Of a stretch of DNA of 64,000 nt, positions 14,001 to 24,125 are shown in pieces. Position 1 is the first letter of the stretch. Every line of letters starts with the position of its first letter. Where the stretch lies: contig NC_043008.1 in NCBI RefSeq assembly GCF_006345805.1, positions 5,084,001 to 5,148,000 on the forward strand. The letters are read 5' to 3'. Origin of the DNA: Octopus sinensis. Its lineage: Eukaryota. Under the pieces are notes generated by a model, which saw only the letters and a program-made list of their open reading frames with translations, did no database searches and was not told the origin of the DNA. Made by a program: the position numbers and the translations under genes.

Positions 14001-17000
14001 TCTCAAGAGAGAAGGAGGATGAGACTTTCCCACGATCAGCAAAGACATAATGCAGCACATCAGACAGAGTCTCAGAGAGAAGGAGGATGAGACTTTCCCA
14101 CGATCAGCAAAGACATAATGCAGCATCAGACAGAGTCTCAAGAGAGAAGGAGGATGAGACTTTCCCACGATCAGCAAAGACATAATGCAGCACATCAGAC
14201 AGAGTCTCAAGAGAGAAGGAGGATGAGACTTTCCCACGATCAGCAAAGACATAATGCAGCACATCAGACAGAGTCTCAAGAGAGAAGGAGGATGAGACTT
14301 TCCCACGATCAGCAAAGACATAATGCAGCACATCAGACAGAGTCTCAAGAGAGAAGGAGGATGAGACTTTCCCACGATCAGCAAAGACATAATGCAGCAC
14401 ATCAGACAGAGTCTCAAGAGAGAAGGAGGATGAGACTTTCCCACGATCAGCAAAGACATAATGCAGCACATCAGACAGAGTCTCAAGAGAGAAGGAGGAT
14501 GAGACTTTCCCACGATCAGCAAAGACATAATGCAGCACATCAGACAGAGTCTCAAGAGAGAAGGAGGATGAGACTTTCCCACGATCAGCAAAGACATAAT
14601 GCAGCACATCAGACAGAGTCTCAAGAGAGAAGAGGATGAGACTTTCCCACGATCAGCAAAGACATAATGCAGCACATCAGACAGAGTCTCAAGAGAGAAG
14701 GAGATGAGACTTTCCCACGATCAGCAAAGACATAATGCAGCACATCACAGAGTCTCAAGAGAGAAGGAGGATGAGACTTTCCCACGATCAGCAAAGACAT
14801 AATGCAGCACATCAGACAGAGTCTCAAGAGAGAAGGAGGATGAGACTTTCCCACGATCAGCAAAGACATAATGCAGCACATCAGACAGAGTCTCAAGAGA
14901 GAAGGAGGATGAGACTTTCCCACGATCAGCAAAGACATAATGCAGCACATCAGACAGAGTCTCAAGAGAGAAGGAGGATGAGACTTTCCCACGATCAGCA
15001 AAGACATAATGCAGCACATCAGACAGAGTCTCAAGAGAGAAGGAGGATGAGACTTTCCCACGATCAGCAAAGACATAATGCAGCACATCAGACAGAGTCT
15101 CAAGAGAAAGGAGGATGAGACTTTCCCACGATCAGCAAAGACATAATGCAGCACATCAGACAGAGTCTCAGAGAGAAGAGGATGAGACTTTCCCACGATC
15201 AGCAAAGACATAATGCAGCACATCAGACAGAGTCTCAAGAGAGAAGGAGGATGAGACTTTCCCACGATCACAAAGACATAATGCAGCACATCAACAGAGT
15301 CTCAAGAGAGAAGGAGGATGAGACTTTCCCACGATCAGCAAAGACATAATGCAGCACATCAGACAGAGTCTCAAGAGAGAGGAAGATGAGACTTTCCACG
15401 ATCAGCAAAGACATAATGCAGCACATCAGACAGAGTCTCAAGAGAGAAGGAGGATGAGACTTTCCCACGATCAGCAAAGACATAATGCAGCACATCAGAC
15501 AGAGTCTCAAGAGAGAAGGAGGATGACATTTTCCCACGATCAGCAAATACATGCTGCAGCACTTAATGCTGGATCATTAAATCAATGTTTTAATGATTAG
15601 ACAGAGGTCCAATGGAATAGCTCTCAGAAACAGACTACGTACAAATTCATTCTTCGCAACTGCTGCAGCTACTTTCAGATATGATCCATCCCATTCTTAT
15701 AAAAAGGATACTTTTGTCCAAATCGGTGTACTAAACACAAATTGTCATTTCTGCAAGGCTTTAAAATGAAACAAATGGCATGTGCTGCTCAGACGGTCAG
15801 GTAAGGTTGCTAGCACTACCAGCTCCTCCTCAACCTCTTATGGATCTTCTGGAAGGCACTTCCATCCAGTCAAAGGATTTTCTGAACAATATCAGACAAT
15901 ACAACTCTACACTTCAAATGACATTGTTTGGTGAATCTAAGGAGATAGTTGAACATGGATTTACACTGACTTCAAAGTTCAAGGGCAAATCTATCACCTC
16001 ATTGGTTCCCTGTTAAACACAAATGAACAGCCACAGTTCCTCCAAATTTACTTTATGAGTGTCATAGGACAACAAACCCGAAGGAGGTATCAAAACTTCA
16101 GACGATTGGTCGTGTTAGATGCAGCGGTGACTGTCACAAAGGATATCCAATGACAGCTTTTCGGTGCGTTCAAAAATCCCCCCCCCAATTTTCCATGGCA
16201 GGTTAGGACCTGGGATCCTCCAAACGGATGCATAGCATGTTGCTTAGTCAAATTAGCCCATCATTTACTCAACAAATGTTTTGTTGTCAATGCTGCACTT
16301 TGCTTTATCACCTGTTTTAATGTAACTGTAATATATTATATGCAAACTATGCCATTTGAATCCTGAGCAACGCCGGGTATCTCTGCTAGTATCAAATAAA
16401 GTGTGAAGTTTCCATATGTTATTAGATATGTATCCCCTTGTCATTGTGCACAAGCCATGTATTGTCAGTTATAAGCAACTTAAAACTGTTTAATTACTTT
16501 AACAATATTTTTTATGTAATTGAATATTTCTGATATCAATTCCTTAAGAAAGCTGGAATGTACACAACTGAAATGTTGTAAAAACAACAAGATGAGGGCA
16601 CCACTCCAAATAATGGGGATTGTCTTTATGACAGACATTAAACAACGATGATGTTGATGATGATGATGCAGCCAAATGAATTGTGAGTTTTTTTCTAGGG
16701 AAAATTGTGACATTTTTTCCATGATTATGTTTTTCCATTTACAAAAAGCTAGAAACCATAAAATTTTGTATTTTTCTTCAGTTTGTTCAAACACACATGA
16801 TGATATAAATACTTAAGAAGCAGAGAATACGAAGAAATATCAACCACAAAATTGTTGCTATCTTAAGAAAATACTTAGAAATGGTAAATGGTTTACAGGA
16901 CAGACGAAATCACTTTAAACTTGCTAAAATAATATTCAAAGCCGTTTATATGATCAGAAATATAATTACAAAGTGTTCATGCTGTCATGGTGAGAGTCTG

Positions 17001-20000
17001 ATCAAAGACTTTGTAATTGAGAAAAAAAAGGGAGAAAACTTTTTCAAATATAAATAAAGTGGAAGTATACAAAAATAAATATTATTGTCCATCTTACTGT
17101 TAGTTTTGCTTCATTATGAAAAATAAAACTTTATTTTATGGCTTATTATTGTTTATGTTTTGAATTATATCTATGATGCAAATAATCTCATGATCTGCAA
17201 CACTAACTTCAAAAAACCAGCCAGCCACCTAATCACTTATCAGTCTGGTGAGCACATAAAGCCAGATTGACTACCTCCTCACCAAGTAAAGAGATAGACG
17301 GATGCTTAAAAATGCAAAGTCTTTCCCAGGTGAAGAGTGTACAATTCAACTTCGGTTACTAGTTAGTGACTTCAGAATTAGAGCTAGAAAGACTCAGAGA
17401 AATAAACCAATCTGGAAAAGAAGACTATGGAAGCTCAAAGACCCAACAAACAGACAAAAATTTAGAGATTTATTAATGGAAGTTTCTGACAAAAGACAGG
17501 AAAAGTTGGGGACATATAGCTTAGAGGATAATTAGAAGTTCCTGCAGGACAATCTACTGAGGGCTATGGACGAAATCTGTGGTTGGTGCAGAGTCCTAGC
17601 TAAACCAAAGGGGACATTTTGGTGAAAAAAGGAGGTTGACAGTGCTATAAAAGCAAAAAGACAGGCCTGGAAAGATTGGGAAAACAGTGGAAGCAGAGAA
17701 TTATATCAGGTAGCCAAAAGGGTAGCTCGGCATCAGGTGTACATAGCAAAAGGAGTAGCTGAAGGTAAGAAATTTGCAAATGTTCTACAGTCTGAGGATC
17801 AGAGGCGTGAGGTGTTCAGGATTGCAAAGCAGTGTATCAGAGAAAATAGAGATGTGGCAGGTGAGAAATGTGTACGAATGGATAATGGTATGCTTGCACT
17901 TAGTGACTCAGAGAAGAAAGATGCATGGAAATATCACTATGAAAGGTTACTAAATGTGGAAAATGAATGGGAGGAGAGTCAACCAAATATCGAACCAATT
18001 GAGGGACCAGCCATCAGAGTTGATAGCAGCATAATAGATAAGGCAATTAAGGATATGAAGACAGGGAAAGCCCCCTGGGGCCATCAGGAATCACTTCTGA
18101 GATGATTAAAATTTCCAGTGGCATAGGATACAGCTTAGTTACCTGTATAGTTAATCAGGTTATTCAGGAAGGCTTCATCCTCAATGACTGGTGTAACAGT
18201 AAGATAGATGGCTGTTACAAGGGTAAAGGTGATGTCTTAGATAGAAACAACTACAGAGGCATTAAATTGTGAGGGCAAGTCATGAAAGTTAGTGAGAGGG
18301 TTATAGCCCAACTGATTAGAAATAGAATTAAACTAGATGAGATGCAGTTTGGTTTTACATCTGGGACGAATACCACAGATGCCATCTTCCTAGTGAGACT
18401 GCTGCAGAAAAAGTACTTGATTAAAAGTAAGCCATTGTACTTAGCCTTTGTCGACCCGTAGAAAGCTTTCGACAGAGTTCCTCACTCTGTTATACGGTGG
18501 TCTCTAAGGAAGTTAGGAGTAGAGGAGTGGCTTGTTAGAGCTGTAAAGGCCATGTACAGTGGTGCTGTCAGTAGGGTGAAAGTCGGCCATGAATACAGTG
18601 ATGAATTTAGCATACAAGTAGGGGTTCACCAGGGCTCAGTTCTCAGCCCACTCAATCATTATAGTCCTCCAGGCCAGAACAGAAGAAATCAAAACTGGAT
18701 GCCCATAGGAACTGCTATATGCTGATGACCTTGCTCTTATTGCAGAATCTTTAGTAGAATTGGAGAAGAAATGCCAGGTATTGAAAGAAAACCTGGAATC
18801 AAAGGGCCTCAAAGTTAACCTAGCAAAGACGAAAGTTGTTAGCAAGAAAGAAGATAAAACTATCATTCCATCAGGTAAATGGCCCTGCTCAATATGTAGG
18901 AAAAGAGTTGGAAGAAATTCCATTTGCTGCCCCCAGTGTAAGCTATGGACACATAAGAGGTGCAGTGGAAGCACAGGTAGATTAACAGATAAAGTCATCT
19001 TTGTATGTGGCAGATGTGCAGGAACAACAAGTACTAAGAGCACACAGGACTTAGACTCTCTCAAATGCCCAGGAGGCTCTCTTGAGGTTGTGGATGGTTT
19101 CTTTTACCTAGGTGACCAAATTAGCAATGGTGGAGGATGCTCTTAAAGTATTGTTTCTAGGATAAGAATAGAGTGAAGGAAGTTCAGAGAGCTATTACCT
19201 CTGTTGGCAGCAAAAGGACTCTCTCTCTCTCTCTCTCAGAGTGAAAGGTAGGCTGTATGATGCCTGTGTGTGAATGGCTATACTCCATGGTAGTGGGACA
19301 TGGGCTCTAAATGCAGAAGACCTGCATAGACTGGAGAGAAATGAAGGCAGTATGCTCTGTTGGATGTGCAACATCAGTGTGCATGTATGACAAAAGTGCA
19401 AATGTATTGAGAGGAAAGTTGGGCATAAGGCAAAATCAAATGTAGCATGCAAGAGAGAAGACTATGTTGGTTTGGACATGTGATGTGTATGAATGAGGAC
19501 AGCTGCATAAAGAAGTGGATGGTACCTGTGGAGGAGAGAGACTCAGGAAGACATGGGATGGCGTGGTAAGGATCGATCTCAGGATGTTGGGCCTCGTGCA
19601 GGAAATGACATTGGAGGTATGAGGTTCTTGAGAAGACCCACCCATGTCAGTGAAACTGAATTCTAGCATAACAAGAAAACTTCTCACACACTCTACCACA
19701 ACAAACCAAACTACATCTCTTCTCTTCCTCACATTTTCACTTGATGCACTATGCTTACCACCCACTCATAAATCCTGTCCTCTTGGCCCTGTCTCACTGT
19801 ATCATTGCTATCTGCTAGCCCCCGACCCGTGTGTTCCACCCACACATCACAAGCAAACTTTTCCACCCACACATCACAAGCAAAGTTTGCTTGTGATGTG
19901 TGGGTGGAACACACTAGCTCTCACTCCCCAATCCTGTCCTCATGGCCCTGTCCCTCTCTATCATTGCTATCTGGTAGCCACCTTCAACTCTATATATACC

Positions 20001-22282
20001 CAGGTTACCCCCACTCCACTTTGCATTTTTTAATCACACTTCCTTTGCAATATCCTGCCATTTATATTTTGGAGTTCAAACCTCAAGGGTATGCCCTGGC
20101 ACTTTCCACCATCTATATCCCTCTCTTCCTTTACTCAACCACCCCATTTATATTCTAATCTCTGTCCCTTGTGAGTATGCCCGGCACTTTGCTACCATCT
20201 CTATCCTGCTGCCTCTCTCTCCCTCTCTCTCTCTCTCCTGCTGCACTTCCTTCAGGTTGGGTAACCACGTATTTCCTTTGCGGCAGTGCACCTGTTTCTG
20301 TCTCCATCCCTGATCTCTCCCTCTCTCTCCAGCCAGGTAACCTTGTACCTCCTCTACATCAAGACACCTGTTTCTGTCTCTCTGCCTCACTGTAACCTTT
20401 CATCATCCAACAACAGAGCACCCCCTCCCTCTCAAAAGAGTTTTTATTTTTGTCTTGCAAGTACTTGGTGACTCTGTCAGTGCATGTGCCACTTAAAAGC
20501 ACCCAATCCACACTGTAAACCTTGCCTGTGCTTGTGCCACGTAAAAAGCACTAAGTCCACTCTGCTGGGTGGTTGGTGTTAGAAAGGGCATCCAGCTTTA
20601 AAAACCTTGCCAAAACAGTTACAGACGTCTGGTGCAGGCTCTTGTCCCACTCGTGCCAGCATGGAAGGCAGATGTTAAATGATAATGATAATGGAGATGA
20701 AAGGAGCACTGAAATTCTTTTAAGTGCTTAGGTCTTCTATGGATCTTAATCCAGCCCTGTTTTGATCCCTGTATTCATTTTATAGATCCCTATGAAATGG
20801 CTAAGATTTATCTTTTTTAAGCATAAAGGCATTCTTCAGTTTAGACAAATATACAATGCAAAGTCCATCTTGGTGATATTTGAATTCAGAACAGTGGGTC
20901 ACCCACCTAAAGACCATATAACTTGATTGTACCTCCAGTCCTTTTTAAAATTTATTTATCTATTTTTTCAGTGGTTTGGCAATGGGGTTCACCAAAATGC
21001 AATGATAATTTCTTACCCAAAAACACAATGTGCTGCGGTGATCACCCAACGTGGATGAATTAACGTTCCTCCACACACATGGCGTTTGGCCCATGTCAGG
21101 CGTAACGAAACCATCCACGGCCATTTGCCTTCCTTTGACGGGATACCTCCAACTATCATATGTGTCGTTGCAACACCACATTCAGCTGGAAAATAGAGAA
21201 GAAACAATAAGAAGTTGATTATCTGTGAGGTTTTTGGTATGTACAACTTTGATTTGTGCTGCCTTCCTCACTAAACTGACCAAACACGTTGCCTCAATAA
21301 GCAGAACATTCGTTTTGCTTTTTTATTTTAGTTTTTGCTCCTATAGAAACACTTTCTCAATGAAATGTCAATATGTCTATCCTTCTGGATAGCTATAAAA
21401 GCAACCACACCCCAAGCAAAAATCAATTAGTCACAGTCGGTGACAACAAAGTCTGGTTGACCAGCCTTGGTCAGAGAGAGAAATGAAGTTTACTGTCAGC
21501 AACTGTGGGACAATGTCGCACACCCTACAACTCTCACTAGCTCTAATTCTGATCTCTTACAACATCATTCTATCTCTCTCTGTATTTACTACTAAGCAAT
21601 GAAGAGGACACAAACACAAACTTTACTTTTGGATTTATGATAACCTGCCCGTCGAGCAACTACAAGTACTCCCAAACCTACCCATAAAGCAATGCGGAAA
21701 ATAAACACACACGCACAGAAAATAAAAGAGCTGTAAACCTAACAATGTAAAGGTAATGAAAATAGAAAATTCACAAATTCTACAAAAGTATAAGAATAGT
21801 TGGGGACATATAGCTAACCCAGTGCATCTCAACCATTTTCTGCTCATGGACCTTCTTTGGTTCCTGTTTCACTCAGAGGAATCTCCAAAACCATTCATCG
21901 GGTGGGGGTGGGGGGATCTTACTCTATTTTTATAATTAAATATTATTAGGAAGTGAATAAAATTTTAAAAAATATTTTGTGTATTGTAGAAGTAAAACCG
22001 ATTTATTGCAGATAAATTTTAGCAACAAAATCCTATGTGGTCATTTGGGCCCTGGTTGAGAATCACTGGTTTAAGGCAAACTCAGCACAAGGAAGTTGTG
22101 AGAAGTTATTTAAACTCAAGAAAGTTGCCCATATAGGATAAAAGCTAAGAAGAAAGCACCAGGAAATCATACTGGAAACTTGTAATTGTAATATTTAACA
22201 GACACACGTAGAGTGTTAGCAAAAGAATAATCATATAAATACACGCACACACACAATTAGATAGATAGGCAGATAGATAGAC

Positions 22283-22340
<58 letters not shown>

Positions 22341-22343
22341 ATG

Positions 22344-22380
<37 letters not shown>

Positions 22381-22383
22381 ATG

Positions 22384-22440
<57 letters not shown>

Positions 22441-22843
22441 ATGGATAGATAGATAGATAGATAGATAGATATGTTTCTTTATTAGCCACACAGGGCTGCA
22501 CACAGAACAAATTACAAGGTAGAGCTTTTCTTTTGAAGGTTTAAAAAAAAAAAAAAAAGAAAAAATAGGAAGGGGGAGTTTCGATCAAAAGGGATCGTAA
22601 AAGGAGAGAAAGAGGACAAAAAAAAGGGGGGTTAAAATAAAAAGGGGGAGAGGAAAAAAAAAAAAAATTGATCAATAGGGATCGTTATCACAGAAATGTC
22701 AATATGAAGTGTAAAGGGGAGGACAGGTGAGGTTTACCCGCGGAAAGAAAAGCCTACGGAAAAGACCACGGTAACCTCGGTCAATGGAGTCACATGTTTT
22801 TTTTGTTTTTTTTTAGATAGATAGATAGATAGATAGATAAATG

Positions 22844-22924
<81 letters not shown>

Positions 22925-22927
22925 ATG

Positions 22928-22980
<53 letters not shown>

Positions 22981-22983
22981 ATG

Positions 22984-23029
<46 letters not shown>

Positions 23030-23030
23030 G

Positions 23031-23083
<53 letters not shown>

Positions 23084-23114
23084 ATGGATAGATAGATAGA
23101 TAGATAGATAAATG

Positions 23115-23174
<60 letters not shown>

Positions 23175-23194
23175 CATAGATAGATAGATAAATG

Positions 23195-23226
<32 letters not shown>

Positions 23227-23252
23227 TAGATAGATAGATAGATAGATAAATG

Positions 23253-23287
<35 letters not shown>

Positions 23288-23288
23288 G

Positions 23289-23348
<60 letters not shown>

Positions 23349-24125
23349 CATAGATAGATTTGAAATAATTAAAGAAATGGGATGTTGTAACCATTTCTTA
23401 CCTTCTCCAAGTACCTCAACAGGGTATGTGAAAAGAGGCGGTTTCAACAAGGAATAGAAACTAGCTTGCAGACTTGCTTCTTCTAACTTATTAACAAAAA
23501 AGTCAAGAAATAATTTTGAAAAATAAGAGATGAAACAACAGAAATTCTTACCAATAGGGATTTGAGTTGAAAGATTGTCTTGCACAGATGTTTGCCTTTC
23601 TTTCCACTGTTGTTTTCCAGATGTAGAATATTTCCATTGCTTTGATGTAGGAGTAACGTTTGGTTGGCCTTTAATGGATTTTGATGCATGTATTGTTACT
23701 TCAGTTGTAGATACCTCTGAAGTGAGCAGGAATGAAAACCCAGAAGACGGGGAAGTACTGAGGTGTGTCACTGTAGTTTTACCGGTTACAACTGGTCTTT
23801 TGTCGTTAATTTCTGTGGAATTCATTTCCATTCTTCCGACTGTCTTGCAGTCATCCCACCTGGAACCAACTGGAACGCAGTTTGTCACTTTGTTCGACCA
23901 GATTCTGTCCATGGGACAGGGTGGCATTTGATGAGGTACGCCGTGTCCACATACAAAATACATAGAACAGTTGAAAGGATGTCGTACCCATTGCATATCT
24001 TTTGAGGTACACGGAAATTTGGCAACTGGCATGAAACGTCTACTACGCCAACGAAAGAAATATCTACGCCTTGAGCAAACGTTCAATATAATGGCTAATA
24101 ATGTTAGGGTTCGTAGAAATAGCAT
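1893..24125 (-). CDS. Secreted CBM14 (peritrophin-A) / Ser-Thr linker / S1A serine protease, 452 aa; complement join 24125-23552, 21185-21017, 10195-10090, 6357-6186, 4204-4068, 2093-1893
   Basis: Six GT-AG exons total 1359 nt with compatible phases (1,2,0,1,0). Catalytic motifs TAAHC, NDIAL and GDSGGP are intact. Has IVGG N-terminus, N-terminal hydrophobic signal peptide and a six-Cys ChtBD2 pattern. Confidence 0.93.
3047..3277 (-). mobile_element. SINE family B copy; further partial copies near 7650, 11830, 27300, 39975, 48140
   Basis: Reverse complement of the 38318 and 56025 elements. Confidence 0.88.
3478..4031 (-). mobile_element. Family A repeat, 3' UTR of the PHD-RTE LINE with (GAT)n tail; more than 15 other copies (e.g. 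8224, 9870, 12690, 20470, 32478, 36165, 36995, 40455, 44330, 47785, 55790)
   Basis: Shares CTGTGCTTGAGAAGA..GGCAAGCCAA and GGAAGGGCATCCAGCTGTAGAAAC..CCAACCCATGCTAGCATGGAAA..TTAAACGATGATG with 50760-51198. Confidence 0.85.
4068..4204 (-). CDS. Protease coding exon 5
   Basis: Not in the ORF track. Acceptor CTAATAG. Encodes [46 protein letters not shown]. Donor GTGAGT. Confidence 0.93.
4424..4830 (+). mobile_element. CR1-group LINE 3' end (about 400 bp) with (ATT)n tail
   Basis: [30 protein letters not shown]; near-identical to 33297-33703. Confidence 0.88.
5041..5880 (+). mobile_element. 5'-truncated RTE LINE (BovB-like family), RT C-terminus plus terminal Cys/His knuckle
   Basis: [36 protein letters not shown]; in-frame TGA, then CGHC..HERAC; 3' end CGAAGCCAAGCCATGA. 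Confidence 0.9.
6186..6357 (-). CDS. Protease coding exon 4: Asp102
   Basis: Acceptor ATTCCAG. Encodes [19 protein letters not shown]...ACIP...[10 protein letters not shown]. Donor GTAAGA. Confidence 0.95.
6720..9050 (+). mobile_element. Patchwork of very old RTE-like LINE remnants
   Basis: Degenerate similarity only (HYGH..RM..ARRIL; IMSLRVP; KQDWFD), fragmented and interrupted. Confidence 0.4.
8654..8832 (-). repeat. About six inverted units of the same 31-bp minisatellite
   Basis: Units such as AGTGTTGTTGAGTAAAGACTAATTTTTCCAA are reverse complements of the 10218-11690 units. Confidence 0.7.
10090..10195 (-). CDS. Protease coding exon 3
   Basis: Acceptor TATTTCAG. Encodes [35 protein letters not shown]. 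106 nt bridges phase 2 to phase 0 exactly. Donor GTATAT is weaker. Confidence 0.85.
10218..11690 (+). repeat. Highly degenerate ~31-bp minisatellite (consensus about CTACAAAGACTAGTCTTCATTCACCAACACT)
   Basis: Recurring CTACAAAGA..AGTCTT..CAACA(C/T)T periodicity. Confidence 0.75.
11158..11318. mobile_element. Shorter relative of the 21820 MITE, opposite orientation, interrupting the 31-bp array
   Basis: CAGTGGCTCTCAGC terminus; right end similar to the reverse complement of 21820-21895. Confidence 0.55.
12499..16389 (+). mobile_element. Internally deleted Helitron with both termini
   Basis: Inserted between A and T. 5' end TCTAT...ATATATAAAA, 3' hairpin CCTGAGCAACGCCGGG plus CTAG. Remnant of the Helitron N-terminal Zn-finger region ([51 protein letters not shown]). 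Confidence 0.9.
13048..15548 (+). repeat. 69-bp tandem minisatellite, about 36 near-identical copies, encoding [23 protein letters not shown]
   Basis: Unit CAAGAGAGAAGGAGGATGAGACTTTCCCACGATCAGCAAAGACATAATGCAGCACATCAGACAGAGTCT, no spacers, scattered 1-2 nt indels. Confidence 0.97.
17183..19650 (+). mobile_element. Decayed RTE-type LINE (APE C-terminus, RT, PHD-like insert)
   Basis: SQIDY motif, [38 protein letters not shown], and CSIC..CPQC..H..C..CGRC insert. Confidence 0.9.
19771..19979. repeat. 50-bp direct repeats flanking a direct-plus-inverted triplication
   Basis: Direct repeats 19771-19820 and 19930-19979; inverted arms 19829-19858 and 19885-19914. Confidence 0.9.
21017..21185 (-). 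CDS. Protease coding exon 2: activation site and His57
   Basis: Acceptor TTTTCCAG. Encodes [28 protein letters not shown]...[20 protein letters not shown]. Donor GTAAGA. Confidence 0.95.
21820..22068. mobile_element. hAT/Charlie-like MITE
   Basis: Termini CAGTGCATCTCAACC / GGTTGAGAATCACTG; no clean TSD. Confidence 0.65.
22260..22470. repeat. (GATA)n microsatellite with AAATG interruptions
   Basis: Direct reading. Confidence 0.97.
22471..22814 (-). mobile_element. Probable non-LTR retroelement 3' fragment embedded in (GATA)n
   Basis: Pyrimidine-rich UTR-like sequence ending GCCCTGTGTGGCT-AATAAA-AGAAACAT then (ATCT)n. Confidence 0.45.
22815..23358. repeat. (GATA)n microsatellite with AAATG interruptions
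   Basis: Direct reading. Confidence 0.97.
23552..24125 (-). CDS. Protease coding exon 1: signal peptide, [12 protein letters not shown] segment, CBM14 domain, S/T-rich linker
   Basis: ATG at 24125. Cys spacing C-x13-C-x5-C-x10-C-x12-C-x9-C fits peritrophin-A. Donor G|GTAAGA at 23551; the listed ORF beyond it runs into GATA repeats. Confidence 0.9.

Noticed and set aside
13048-15548. Array as a CRISPR locus
   Set aside because: Units are contiguous with no unique spacers, there are no cas genes, and the context is eukaryotic.
12986-15562. Minus-strand Cys-rich (CCIMSLL...) and LHYVFADRG ORFs as toxin-like genes
   Set aside because: They are alternative frames of the 69-bp unit; only the plus frame matches a known motif and is collinear with the Helitron ORF.
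22734-23551. C-terminal half of the 463-aa ORF (YLSI repeats)
   Set aside because: Read-through into intron 1 and the GATA microsatellite past a strong GTAAGA donor.
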